Shown in pieces: positions 49,346 to 59,099 of a DNA stretch of 64,000 bases; position 1 is the stretch's first letter, and each line of letters starts with the position of its first letter. Below the pieces are notes generated by a model that was given only the letters and a program-made list of their open reading frames with translations, had not been told where the DNA came from and searched no databases. The stretch covers positions 416,001 through 480,000 of the forward strand of contig JBKAGE010000034.1 of assembly GCA_046290225.1 (NCBI GenBank). The letters are read 5' to 3'. Source of the DNA: Bradymonadia bacterium. GTDB taxonomy: Bacteria; Myxococcota_A; Bradymonadia; UBA7976; UBA1532. Made by a program: the position numbers and the translations under genes.

Positions 49346-50854
49346 ATGAGTGCTTGCCACAAGTGTGGTCATCCCATTGAAGGGCGCCCCAACTTCTGCC
49401 CGGCTTGCGGGGCCTCGCTGACGTTTAACGAAGGCGGTGAACTCACCACCACCGACCCCCTCATCGATCGCATGATCGACGGTAAGTTCACCATCGAGGG
49501 GCTCATTGGTGAAGGGGCTATGGGCCGGGTCTACCGTGCGCAGTATGCCCAGCTCAAAAAGCCGGTCGCCCTGAAGATTCTGCGTTCAAACCTGGTGAGC
49601 GATCCCACGGTGGTGAAGCGCTTCGAGCGCGAGGCCCTCGCTGCCAGTCGATTGAACCACCCCAACTGTATCTCGATTTACGGTTTCGGCTCCGAAGACG
49701 AGGGCGATCTGCTCTGGATGGCCATGGAGCTCGTCGAAGGGCGGGATCTCGGCACCATCATCGCCGAGGACTCTCCCCTCTCCACGTTACGGGTACTCCA
49801 CATCATGACCCAGGTGTGCGAAGCCCTCGACGAAGCCCATACAGCAAACATCATCCACCGCGATCTCAAGCCGGCGAACATCGTGTGCTTCAAGCACCGC
49901 CACAACGCCGACTTTGTGAAGGTGCTCGATTTCGGCATCGCTAAGATCGTCGATCCCGACACCGATCAGCCGGCCCTCACCCGCGACGGCATCGTGTGCG
50001 GTACCCCGGCCTACATGAGCCCCGAGCAGGTACAGGGCTTCGAGCTCGACCAGCGCTCCGACCTCTTCAGCCTGGGCATCATCTTGTACCAGGCCATCAC
50101 CAACCGCCTGCCCTTCTTCGACGAATCTGCTGTCGGTGTCGCCACCAAGATCGTCATCGAAGATCCACTGCCCCCTTCAGAGCAGCGTCCCGATTGGTCC
50201 TACCCCAAGGAGCTCGAGGCGGTGGTCATGCGGCTGCTGTCCAAGAAGAAAGAAGAGCGCTACGACAACGCCCTCGAGGTGAAGCGCGCCCTCCAAGAGG
50301 TGGACCGCATTCTCCGCGAGCGTCAGGACGTCTCTCTCGATCTGCCGCCAGATCAGGTGGCCAAACTCCTCGAGGAGATGGACAAAGAGCCCGCCATCGA
50401 GGGCTCCGAGACGCTGCAGCTCGAGACCGAGAAAGTCTCTCAGGCGCTCTCCAGCCCGGAGGTACCCGGCGTCGAGGCCAACCTTGCGCCTCTACCACCC
50501 CCGGTCCTCGACGAGGCACCAGAGCCGCCCTCATCGGTGACAGATCCCACGCTGACGCCTGATCAAAAGGTGCCTACGGTGACGCGTAATACCCCACGCG
50601 ACTCCGCACCCGATCAAGAAGACATGCTCATGGGTGCCCCCGCAGCCACTGAGCTGGCCCCCAACGGCCCAGGCTCGACACCAGACAATGATCTGCAGTT
50701 GATGACCGAGCCGGCCAGACGGCCCAACATGCCCAGCCCCCGGCCTGAGGATCGACCGGCCCGCAGAGATGGCGGCTCAGGCATGATGGTGGGTCTGGGC
50801 ATCATCACCCTCGCCGCCCTCGGCGCGGGCCTCTGGTTCTTCTTCGCCCGCTGA
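49346..50854 (+). CDS. Ser/Thr protein kinase with N-terminal zinc ribbon and C-terminal TM
   Basis: CHKCG...CPACG; IGEGAMGRVY, VALK, HRDLKPAN, DFG, GTPAYMSPEQ. Confidence 0.95.
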   Translation: MSACHKCGHPIEGRPNFCPACGASLTFNEGGELTTTDPLIDRMIDGKFTIEGLIGEGAMGRVYRAQYAQLKKPVALKILRSNLVSDPTVVKRFEREALAASRLNHPNCISIYGFGSEDEGDLLWMAMELVEGRDLGTIIAEDSPLSTLRVLHIMTQVCEALDEAHTANIIHRDLKPANIVCFKHRHNADFVKVLDFGIAKIVDPDTDQPALTRDGIVCGTPAYMSPEQVQGFELDQRSDLFSLGIILYQAITNRLPFFDESAVGVATKIVIEDPLPPSEQRPDWSYPKELEAVVMRLLSKKKEERYDNALEVKRALQEVDRILRERQDVSLDLPPDQVAKLLEEMDKEPAIEGSETLQLETEKVSQALSSPEVPGVEANLAPLPPPVLDEAPEPPSSVTDPTLTPDQKVPTVTRNTPRDSAPDQEDMLMGAPAATELAPNGPGSTPDNDLQLMTEPARRPNMPSPRPEDRPARRDGGSGMMVGLGIITLAALGAGLWFFFAR

Positions 50855-50908
50855 CATCAGCGATTGAGTGCACTGAGCCCCAGTACTGAGGCTCAGCAGC
50901 CCTGGAAC

Positions 50909-53900
50909 TCAGCACCACTCAGCACAATAGAGTTCATATGCCGCCCACTGGTGTGGTGGCTCGCGACGGGCGATGGCTTCCTGCCTCGCCTTGCGCAGTG
51001 CCGCGCTGTACTCCACCGCAGTGCGGGCGTTGGCGGCGTGGCGAAGGCAGGCCATGACGAACTCGGGACTGTACTCGCTGGTCTCCCAACGTCGGCAGAT
51101 CACTGCAGGCACCTCTGCCAACAGCGCCTGAACAGCCCGTTGCCCACCGAGCCCACGCAGGGGCCCTTGGAGGATGGCACACGTCACCCCCGCAGCGCTG
51201 AGGGCCTGGGCCAGAGCGTCTGGCGCCACAGGTGGATGATCATCCCTGAGCGCGATGCCCTCTTCGGTGATCTCACCGACGACATAGACCGCCCGTGCTC
51301 GGGGGATGGCGTGGTGGAGTGCCGAAGGTTCGAGATCCGACCCATGGCGTACTTCTACTGTGGAGTAGTGACCTTCTTGGGCCAACGTACTCAGCTGCAG
51401 ATCTCGGGCGATGACCCCATCACCGATGATGACCGCCACTGCGGGGGCCAGCTCGGCGCTCCGCTCACCACCAAGGTGACTCTGGACCGGACACGCCATG
51501 AGCGTCGCCAGGTGCTCACAGACAAAAGCGCCTCCATAGAGAAGCGCAGTGGGCACGCCATCGAGGGGGGCGTCGAAGGCGGTGAGCAAGCGCTCGATGC
51601 CCTCGAGGTGGGCCTCGAAAGGACCCAGAAGCGCGTCGTAGGCTTCACCACACCACTGGGCGAGGTTTCGCTGCAGGGCCGCAGGGTGCAACAGCGCGGG
51701 GAGCGACTGCAGCATCACGTGCAGATCATCTCGTTTGATGGGCCACCAGTGGGACCATGTACCCTCAGCTGTGCTCAAGAAGAGATACACACCACCCTCG
51801 AAGCAGGTGGCCTCCAGCAGCGCCTCGCCAGCGGCAGGCTCCAGCCGTCGATGGTTGCTCTCGGGCTGCCAGTGGCTCATGCGATCCAGGACCGCAGGAT
51901 CGAACAGGCCACGCTCCCCCACCCGCGACCACCGCTCGAAGATGCCGCGGTGATGCGCCATGAGGGCGGGGATCCATGAAGGCTCGGCGCCACGGACGGG
52001 TGCGGTCAGTCGGCCCTGCCGCACGCTGGCCGCGAGGCGGCGAGCGAGCTCGGGTCGACCGAGGCTGAGGGCAAGACGAATGCCCTCCAAGGCCGTGAGG
52101 CGGGCATCACGAGGACGCAACATGTCCAGGGGGCCGCTGCCCTCGGACCATGCCGCGAGGCCGCCACCTTCTGCAGCACGGCGCAAGTGCACCTCGACGC
52201 GATCCGGATCCGCTTCGCCTTCGAGGATCGGCGGGTAGAGGGCCGCAGCGAGCTCTACGGTTCGGCGCACGGCACCACGACACGCGTTCCGAATCTCCGC
52301 CGCAGCCCGCAACACGTCTTGAATGGGCTGGCTCTGGTTGAAGGCGGTATTGGATACGTCAGTGGAGCGCTCAAGGGTACACACCGCGCGATGCAACAAG
52401 GCCAGGGCCCGAGCTTGAGGATCATCGATGGCCTGAGCCAGCTCCACGGCCCGGTGAGCGGCGGTCTCCGATCCCCACAACGAAAGCGACAGCTCAAGTT
52501 CGAGCGCAGCACTGATCCACGACCGCACTGGCAGGTGCGGTCGGGCCAGGGTCAACAGGTGCTTGCCCCGGGCCAGGAGCCCCATGGCGCCCCCACGGTG
52601 GGTGCGATTTCGGGCGTAACCGGCGAGACCGCGGGCGGCGAGGGCCACTCGGGCTTCGTCACCGTCGGCGATCAGATCGTCGAGGCGATCGGCAAGCTCG
52701 GTCAGGCTACAGCCACGGGTCATGTTGGCCAGCGCGGCGTCAGCAGCGCTGGCAAAGAGCTGAGCGGCGCCATCTCGATCACCACGCCGCTCAGCGAGGC
52801 CCGCCGCACACATGAGCACGCGAGATCCGAGGATCGGATTGCCGATGGTGCCGCGCATGGCCCGCAGCAACCACTCTGCCAGGGCATCCTGAGCCTCCTG
52901 GCGCTCGCCGAGGGCGTTGAGCGCCTCGGCTTTGAGCAGCGCCATGGTGGCCTCACCCATGACGTCGCCTCCACGGCCGCCACCACGGGCGGCACGGGCC
53001 CTCATGCGATCAGTCCAACGATCGGCGAGCGCGATGACGTGGGTGTACTGCACACGTGCAGCGGCAGACCAGCCCGCCCGTCGTGCCATGACATCGGCGA
53101 AGGTGCTGTGCAGCACCGCGGCCGCCCGCAGGCGACGCTCCACTGGGAGGCTCGGTGCGTAGGCGAGGCGATCCGGCAGACCTTCTGCCTCCATTCGCCC
53201 GAGCTCCACGAGCATATCGGTGGCGTACAGCAGATGACGCTTCAGGGCTTGCTCGAAGGCGGTGACCAGATGCTGATAGGCCCGGAAGGCATCTGCTCCA
53301 CGGACCGCCTCTCGGTAATCTTCGAGCTCGATGGGGCCACCATCAGTCTCTTCCGGGGTCAGCAGGCCCTGCAACGCACCGCTGAGGGCAGCGAGGCCCT
53401 CGGTGGCACCCGCTCTGGGGGTGATGTTCGCGGCCACCACCAGGCGCAGCGCGTGATCGGCAGGCAACGTGGCCAGCACCGCCGGAGAAATTTGCTCGGC
53501 GCGCTCGTGTACTTCGTCTGCAGGAGGCTCGCCATGGCCATGGCCACCTGTCCACTGGGCGGCGAGAGAGGCGAGCCGACGCACCGCAGTGGGATCGAGC
53601 GGATCTTCAGGGTGGCGGAACAGCGTCCAGACACCCTGGGCCACGGAGCGGACCTGGGGCGAGTCGACGCCTTCGAGAGCCTCGAGGCGATCTGTGAGAT
53701 CGAGCACGAGGTTGCCCGCCACGTGCCAGTCCTCGTCTTCGAGGGCCATCAACAGCCGGTTGAACTGAATGACCAGCAACCCTTCGAAGGCGCCGTGCCG
53801 CTCGTAGTGTGGCAGCAGCTCTGCATAGAGCCGCTCGGCGATCTCACGCTGGCCGCGGCAGGCGGCGTCGAAAGCAAGGGCCTTACGGGTATCGAGGCTG

Positions 53901-53932
53901 GCCAGATCCAAGGGAATTCCCCCATCGCTCAC
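50909..53932 (-). CDS. TPR-like helical protein with C-terminal CHAT-like domain (catalytic dyad absent)
   Basis: YDALLGP, RLLTAFDAPLDGVPTALL, VICRRW, ALRKARQEAI...PHQWAAYELY. Confidence 0.7.
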   Translation of the reverse strand: MSDGGIPLDLASLDTRKALAFDAACRGQREIAERLYAELLPHYERHGAFEGLLVIQFNRLLMALEDEDWHVAGNLVLDLTDRLEALEGVDSPQVRSVAQGVWTLFRHPEDPLDPTAVRRLASLAAQWTGGHGHGEPPADEVHERAEQISPAVLATLPADHALRLVVAANITPRAGATEGLAALSGALQGLLTPEETDGGPIELEDYREAVRGADAFRAYQHLVTAFEQALKRHLLYATDMLVELGRMEAEGLPDRLAYAPSLPVERRLRAAAVLHSTFADVMARRAGWSAAARVQYTHVIALADRWTDRMRARAARGGGRGGDVMGEATMALLKAEALNALGERQEAQDALAEWLLRAMRGTIGNPILGSRVLMCAAGLAERRGDRDGAAQLFASAADAALANMTRGCSLTELADRLDDLIADGDEARVALAARGLAGYARNRTHRGGAMGLLARGKHLLTLARPHLPVRSWISAALELELSLSLWGSETAAHRAVELAQAIDDPQARALALLHRAVCTLERSTDVSNTAFNQSQPIQDVLRAAAEIRNACRGAVRRTVELAAALYPPILEGEADPDRVEVHLRRAAEGGGLAAWSEGSGPLDMLRPRDARLTALEGIRLALSLGRPELARRLAASVRQGRLTAPVRGAEPSWIPALMAHHRGIFERWSRVGERGLFDPAVLDRMSHWQPESNHRRLEPAAGEALLEATCFEGGVYLFLSTAEGTWSHWWPIKRDDLHVMLQSLPALLHPAALQRNLAQWCGEAYDALLGPFEAHLEGIERLLTAFDAPLDGVPTALLYGGAFVCEHLATLMACPVQSHLGGERSAELAPAVAVIIGDGVIARDLQLSTLAQEGHYSTVEVRHGSDLEPSALHHAIPRARAVYVVGEITEEGIALRDDHPPVAPDALAQALSAAGVTCAILQGPLRGLGGQRAVQALLAEVPAVICRRWETSEYSPEFVMACLRHAANARTAVEYSAALRKARQEAIARREPPHQWAAYELYCAEWC

Positions 53933-53973
53933 GGGTCAAGTGTGCAAGGCACGAGATCATACAGGCATGCCGG

Positions 53974-54060
53974 TGCTCGAGACCGGTGGTGCTCAGTGTC
54001 GGTGTTGCTCAGTCTCAGTGACGCTCAGTCTCAGCGATGCTCAGTCTCAGCGGCGCTCGG
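53974..54060. repeat. 16-bp tandem repeat (YGCTCAGTCTCAGYGN)
   Basis: About five units, e.g. tgctcagtgtcggtgt, tgctcagtctcagtga, cgctcagtctcagcga, tgctcagtctcagcgg. Confidence 0.8.
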
Positions 54061-54829
54061 TCAGTCGTCGGCGGGTCTCGATGGCCTCCATCTCCAAACC
54101 AGCCCGCTCTTGGGCTTCAGCGAGGATCAATAGGAGATCAGGATGACCCGGTGCGGCGGCGAGGGCGCGCTCGTGCTGGGCCACGGCCTCTTCGTAGTCA
54201 CCCTGATCAGCAGCGAGGTGACCCAGGGCCGTCCAGGGCCGAGGGTCATCCTCGAGGCACTCTGTGGCCCGCATGTAGGCCCCTCGAGCGCCGCTGAAGT
54301 TGCCGAGGGTGTCGAGGGCCTGCCCTTGACTCAGCCAGGCTTCTCCATCGTCGGGCACCATCTCCAGGTGTGCATCCCACAGCTCCACGGCACGGGGGCT
54401 GTGACCGGCATCCTCGGCGGCGATCTGGTACATCAACGCCTGCTCGGCGAGGCTGGGCACCGCGAGCGGTCGAAGCCGACGGCGGGCAAGCCGATGACGC
54501 AGTCGGGCCTCGGGTACCCCAGAGAGTGCCTCAGCGTGCACATCGCCCTGATGCACGTCGCCGGGCAGATCGGAGATCGGAGTTGCTGGGGGAGAGACTT
54601 CACGCCTCGGGGGCGTCTCCCAATGAAAGCCTCCAGCGTTGAAGTCACCACCGCGGGCGGAAACATCAGTGTCGGAGGAGGCCCCGCCATGGGCGTCCTC
54701 AGCGGTGGTTTCACCACTGTCGTCGACCACCTCGCCGTCGTGCTCGACGTCGGAGACGGGCCCCTCGATCACTTTAGATGGGCGGTTCTTCCCGAACCAC
54801 TTGGAGAAAATAGACACCGACACATCCAA
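54047..54829 (-). CDS. TPR protein
   Basis: PDDGEAWLSQGQAL, DPRPWTALGHL, APGHPDLLLILA repeats. Confidence 0.8.
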   Translation of the reverse strand: MDVSVSIFSKWFGKNRPSKVIEGPVSDVEHDGEVVDDSGETTAEDAHGGASSDTDVSARGGDFNAGGFHWETPPRREVSPPATPISDLPGDVHQGDVHAEALSGVPEARLRHRLARRRLRPLAVPSLAEQALMYQIAAEDAGHSPRAVELWDAHLEMVPDDGEAWLSQGQALDTLGNFSGARGAYMRATECLEDDPRPWTALGHLAADQGDYEEAVAQHERALAAAPGHPDLLLILAEAQERAGLEMEAIETRRRLTERR

Positions 54830-54980
54830 TCAAAGGCGCCGTCGCAGACGCTGGCATTCAACAACAGGGTCCTGATCGTGGCAAGTTTGGGCAGATTCAC
54901 GCATGGGGAGATCCTTGCCCAAGAGATCACAGGGGGCTTAAAGTCTGGTCTGCATTGACGAAACAACACAGCAGGCCCCG

Positions 54981-55988
54981 ATGCACACCGCACCCGATCC
55001 GACCCCCATCATCGAGCTGGCGACGGCCTATTGGGGCAGCGCCACCCTCATCGCCGCTGCCCGGCTCAAGATCTTCACTCACCTCGCAGCCGGGGCCGCC
55101 GATCCGGCGACCCTCGCCGCCCGAGCCGAGGTGGACGCCGACGCCGTGGAGGGCCTGCTCGCGGGCCTGGTGAGTCTCAACCTGGTTCAGAAGAACGCAG
55201 ACGGCACCTTCGCCAACACGCCCTCAGCGAGCACCTTCCTCGTGGAGGGCAGCCCGGCCTACCTCGGCCCCGCCATGCTCTACAACGGTGATGTGTATCC
55301 GCTCTGGGCCCGCCTCGATGAGGTGATCCGCACCGGCAAGGTCACCGAAGCCCCGGACCAGTATCTCGGTGATGACGACAGTCGCACCCGCAACTTCGTC
55401 TACGGCATGCACCATCGCGCCCTCGGCGTGGGGCAGGCACTGACCCCAGTGGTGGATCTGAGTGGTCGCACCCGCCTCGCCGATGTCGGTGGTGGCCCGG
55501 GCACCTACTCGGCGTTGCTCACTCAGAAGACCGAGGGCCTCACCTCAGAGGTCCTCGACCTGCCGGGTGTGGTGGCCATCGCCAAAGAGATCGTTGCCTC
55601 CCTCGGCGCCAGCGAGCGGGTGCAGTGCACAGCCTTCGACTACTACAAAGACAACCTGCCCGGTCGCTATGACGCGGCGCTCATCTCTGGGGTGTTGCAC
55701 CGGGAGCACCCGCCGCAGGTGCAGGCCATCTTCCAGAAGGTGGCCGACGCCATGGATCCTGGCGGGGTGCTCTACATCAGCGACGTCATGGTGAACGACG
55801 ATCGAACGGGGCCGCTGTTTTCCACCATGTTCGAGCTGAACATGCGGGTGCTCTCTCACGGGGGCCGGTGCCACTCTGTGGCTGAGCAGCGCGCCTGGCT
55901 CGACGCAGTGGGCTTCGAGATCACCGAGGTGGTGACGCTGCCGCCGCCGATCCATTACACGGTCATTCGGGCGGAGCGCCGCTCATGA
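54981..55988 (+). CDS. SAM-dependent O-methyltransferase with dimerisation domain
   Basis: N-terminal wHTH (AAARLKIFTHL), LADVGGGPG, LDLPGVV, SGVLH, PGGVLYISD. Confidence 0.9.
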   Translation: MHTAPDPTPIIELATAYWGSATLIAAARLKIFTHLAAGAADPATLAARAEVDADAVEGLLAGLVSLNLVQKNADGTFANTPSASTFLVEGSPAYLGPAMLYNGDVYPLWARLDEVIRTGKVTEAPDQYLGDDDSRTRNFVYGMHHRALGVGQALTPVVDLSGRTRLADVGGGPGTYSALLTQKTEGLTSEVLDLPGVVAIAKEIVASLGASERVQCTAFDYYKDNLPGRYDAALISGVLHREHPPQVQAIFQKVADAMDPGGVLYISDVMVNDDRTGPLFSTMFELNMRVLSHGGRCHSVAEQRAWLDAVGFEITEVVTLPPPIHYTVIRAERRS

Positions 55989-56908
55989 GGGCGCTGACGG
56001 TCTGCCGTGGCTCGATGTTGTGGGTGGTGCTCTTTGCCCTCTCCTCGCTCTCAGCGTGTGGAGACAACGGCAGCACGTCGACTCAGAAGGGCAAGGCCAG
56101 CACCGCGACCTCGGAGAAAGCTGCCGACGCCGCTGACGCCACCATCCGTCGTCGACGCCGACGCCCTTCGATCAAGCTGGCCACTCCTCAACCGAACCGA
56201 CCCAAGGCCGGTGAGCCTCAGCGGCCAGAGGACTTCGGCCAGATGGCCAAGACGGTGGAAGAGGGCGTGCCTGCGCAGAAGCCTGGCGCCCCGCCGGTGG
56301 AGCGCATCGACAAGTTCCGCTTCCGGGTGGGCAAGGTGGAGGTGGATCGGGAGGCTGGCACTGTCCGGATCCCCGGCCGGCTCAACATGAAGGAGGGCAT
56401 CCTCGAGTACTTCGCCGTGGCCACCATGGGGAAGCTGCACGAGTCGGTCCTCGAACTGCTCGCCGAGCCCAGCCACATCCACCTGGGGCTGATCTTGATC
56501 GATCTCGAGCCCAGCAAATACGTCTCGGACCCCAAGGAAGGCCGCAAGGTGGTGAAGGCCGGCAGTCAGGTGAAGATGTTCATCGAGTGGCTGGCCCCTG
56601 ACACCAAGAAGATGGTGCAGATGCCTGCAGAGCACTGGCTGTACAACCGCAAGCTCAAGGGCAGCCCAACCGCTCGCAACTGGGTGTTCACCGGCAGCTT
56701 CTTCTACAACGGGCAGTACGCCGCCGATAACGATCGCAGCGTGGTGGCGCTGGTCCCTGACGGCACCGCCATCATCGGCAACGTCGCCGATGACGGAAAC
56801 CCTTACCGTGGTGATGGCTTGGGCTTCGAGGTCTACCGCGAGCGGGTACCACCCCTGGGTACCCCCGTGGCCTTCGTGATTCAGTCGGCAAACAAGGGCA
56901 CGCCCTAA
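55985..56908 (+). CDS. YdjY-like domain lipoprotein
   Basis: Lipobox LSAC; GILEYFA...KLHESVL...PSHIHLGL...WVFTGSFF...YAAD; ATGA overlap with the methyltransferase. Confidence 0.6.
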   Translation: MRALTVCRGSMLWVVLFALSSLSACGDNGSTSTQKGKASTATSEKAADAADATIRRRRRRPSIKLATPQPNRPKAGEPQRPEDFGQMAKTVEEGVPAQKPGAPPVERIDKFRFRVGKVEVDREAGTVRIPGRLNMKEGILEYFAVATMGKLHESVLELLAEPSHIHLGLILIDLEPSKYVSDPKEGRKVVKAGSQVKMFIEWLAPDTKKMVQMPAEHWLYNRKLKGSPTARNWVFTGSFFYNGQYAADNDRSVVALVPDGTAIIGNVADDGNPYRGDGLGFEVYRERVPPLGTPVAFVIQSANKGTP

Positions 56909-56915
56909 GAGGCCC

Positions 56916-57797
56916 TCAGGTGGCGTAGAACCAACGCCCTACCATCTTCCCTGGCACCAGCAACCCGATGATGATCGCCGCGGCGATCCAGGCGCCAGCC
57001 TGGGCGGCGATGACCCCATTCACCATGGCGATGCCGAAGATCCCTGCCATGACAGCCCCGCGCACGGGGCCAGCGCCTGGGGCTGTGTAGCCACGCTTCA
57101 GGGCGGGGAGCAGCCACAACAGCGGGATCGCCACCAGAGCGGCGCCCACAGGGGTGCTGAGCACCCCCAGAGGGGCCCAGAGGGCGCTGATCACCACCCC
57201 GAGCAGCATCACGGCCATGGGGGGCGCAACTTGCTGTGGGGTGGCCCCATCGACCTCGTGACGAGACAAGAAGGTCAGCCCGCACACATAGAGGACTGTG
57301 GTGAGCGGGATCAGATACACCACCACTGGCGTGGGCCAGCCCACAGCGGTGATGCCGATGAGGGCGTTGCCATAGCGACACGTGCCCATGGCCAGGGGGC
57401 CGAGCACGCTGTCCTTCACAGCGGCGTTGTAGAGATAGGTGGCCCCAATGGTGAGCGCCACGGCGATGAGGCTCGGTGTGCCCACCACAGCGGCGAGCCC
57501 CAACCCCACCGCCTGGAGCGTCAGGACCAGGGTCCATGCTCGGGCCAGGGGCACTCGCCCCGAGGGGATCGGCCGCCCGGGGCGCTCCCTGGCGTCCACG
57601 GCGGCGTCGAAGATGTCGTTGGCCGCCATCCCGGCGCAATAAATCGCCGCGCTCGCCACCACGAGGCAGATCATCGTGAGTATGGAGATCGGCGCCATGA
57701 GAGACGCGAGGGCCATGCCCATGAGCACGTCTGCGGGGGCGGTGAAGACAGCAGGCAGCCGAATCAGCTCGAGATAAGGGCGCACCTCAGGGCTCAC
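56916..57797 (-). CDS. UbiA-family prenyltransferase (EboC-like)
   Basis: ELIRLPAVFTAPAD, GMAANDIFDAAVDARERPGRPIPSGR, YN...K...MGTCR, LSRHE. Confidence 0.88.
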   Translation of the reverse strand: MSPEVRPYLELIRLPAVFTAPADVLMGMALASLMAPISILTMICLVVASAAIYCAGMAANDIFDAAVDARERPGRPIPSGRVPLARAWTLVLTLQAVGLGLAAVVGTPSLIAVALTIGATYLYNAAVKDSVLGPLAMGTCRYGNALIGITAVGWPTPVVVYLIPLTTVLYVCGLTFLSRHEVDGATPQQVAPPMAVMLLGVVISALWAPLGVLSTPVGAALVAIPLLWLLPALKRGYTAPGAGPVRGAVMAGIFGIAMVNGVIAAQAGAWIAAAIIIGLLVPGKMVGRWFYAT

Positions 57798-58980
57798 CGA
57801 GGGCCCAGGCGAGCAAAGCCTCGTCCTGGCTCACGAGGCGCTGCTCGTCGGTGCCCATGGGATCTTTGAAGAACGGCGCCAGGGCGGAGAGCACGCCCGC
57901 CTCACCACGCCGCTGAGCGAGCACGGCGAGACGCACCAGATCGAGCACCAGGGGTGCCGCGAGCAGCGAGTCGACGCCGTCCCAGGTGAACTGCATGCTC
58001 ATACCGCCGCCGAGGAACCCAGCGAAGTGGATGTAATCCCACGCCACTTTGCGCTCGCCGAGGCTGGGCACATAGTCGATGCCCACCCGAGAGTAGGGCT
58101 GCGGGTGGAGCATCTTGCCCAGCAGGTGATCCTTGCTCTTGATCTTGGTGGCCTTGTTCCGCGGATCGTCCAGCACCCGGCCATCTTCGTTGCCGAGGAT
58201 GTTGGTGCCGTACCAGGAGCGTACTTCGAGGCCTCGCCGTGCGAAGAGCTCTGCGAGCACCGACTTCACCAGCGTCTCCCCGGTCTTGCCGTCAGAGCCA
58301 CCGTGCACGGCCCCCTTCTCCTCGGCGAGTCGCTCGAGGGGTGGCAAGCGGCTGCCGACGCTGGGGGTGAAGTTGATGTAAGCGTCGCCACCTTCGAACG
58401 CCGCGAAGGCATACAGGGCGCTGGGCGGCAGGCAAGGAGCCGCCTCGTCCATGGCCCCCCGCAAGGCGTCGAGATCGTGCAGCGCCTCTGGCAGCCACAT
58501 GGGCGGCTCGGTGCTCGCCACGTTCACCACGACAAGCTGCGTGATCCCCTCGGCCGACTTGAAGGCGTCGAGATCAGCGCGGATCAAGCGGACGGCCTCG
58601 GCGTCGGTCTGGGCGGGGATGGCAGCCTCTGCCATCTCGGAGATGGCCTCACCGGCACCTCGGACCACACCAGGGCGGATGTTCCGCTCTGCGGCTTCGA
58701 AGACATCGCCGAGTTGTTGCGCGAGGAAGGGCACCCCGCAAGCCTCGAGCAAGGGGCCGGCGATCTCGCCCATGTGGCCCTTTTTGATCTCATGGCCGCC
58801 GAAGACCAGCGAGCCGAGCTCGGGCAGCGACACCTCATCGAAGACAGAGCGGGCGGTCACCATCCCTACAGGGGCCGTCAGGCCTCGCACGATGGCCCCG
58901 TGCCCCGCCACCGTCGTCGTGGCGATGCTCCCCCGAGCCCCGATCAACCAGACCCCGACGCGTTCCGTGGTACTCTCCAC
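57787..58980 (-). CDS. ino1: myo-inositol-1-phosphate synthase
   Basis: GARGSIATT, VNVASTEP, NFTPS, DGKTGETLVKS, NILGNEDG, DSLLAAPLVLDL. Confidence 0.9.
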   Translation of the reverse strand: MESTTERVGVWLIGARGSIATTTVAGHGAIVRGLTAPVGMVTARSVFDEVSLPELGSLVFGGHEIKKGHMGEIAGPLLEACGVPFLAQQLGDVFEAAERNIRPGVVRGAGEAISEMAEAAIPAQTDAEAVRLIRADLDAFKSAEGITQLVVVNVASTEPPMWLPEALHDLDALRGAMDEAAPCLPPSALYAFAAFEGGDAYINFTPSVGSRLPPLERLAEEKGAVHGGSDGKTGETLVKSVLAELFARRGLEVRSWYGTNILGNEDGRVLDDPRNKATKIKSKDHLLGKMLHPQPYSRVGIDYVPSLGERKVAWDYIHFAGFLGGGMSMQFTWDGVDSLLAAPLVLDLVRLAVLAQRRGEAGVLSALAPFFKDPMGTDEQRLVSQDEALLAWALGEP

Positions 58981-59099
58981 GCAGGACTCTCCACGCAGTG
59001 CGGGCCAGACAGCGGCCCGGTGTCATGCCCTCATGGGCACCAAAGGTGCGCATTGTGCGGCGAACCGGGCGGAATATCCAGCCCACAGCCCGCCTGCGA

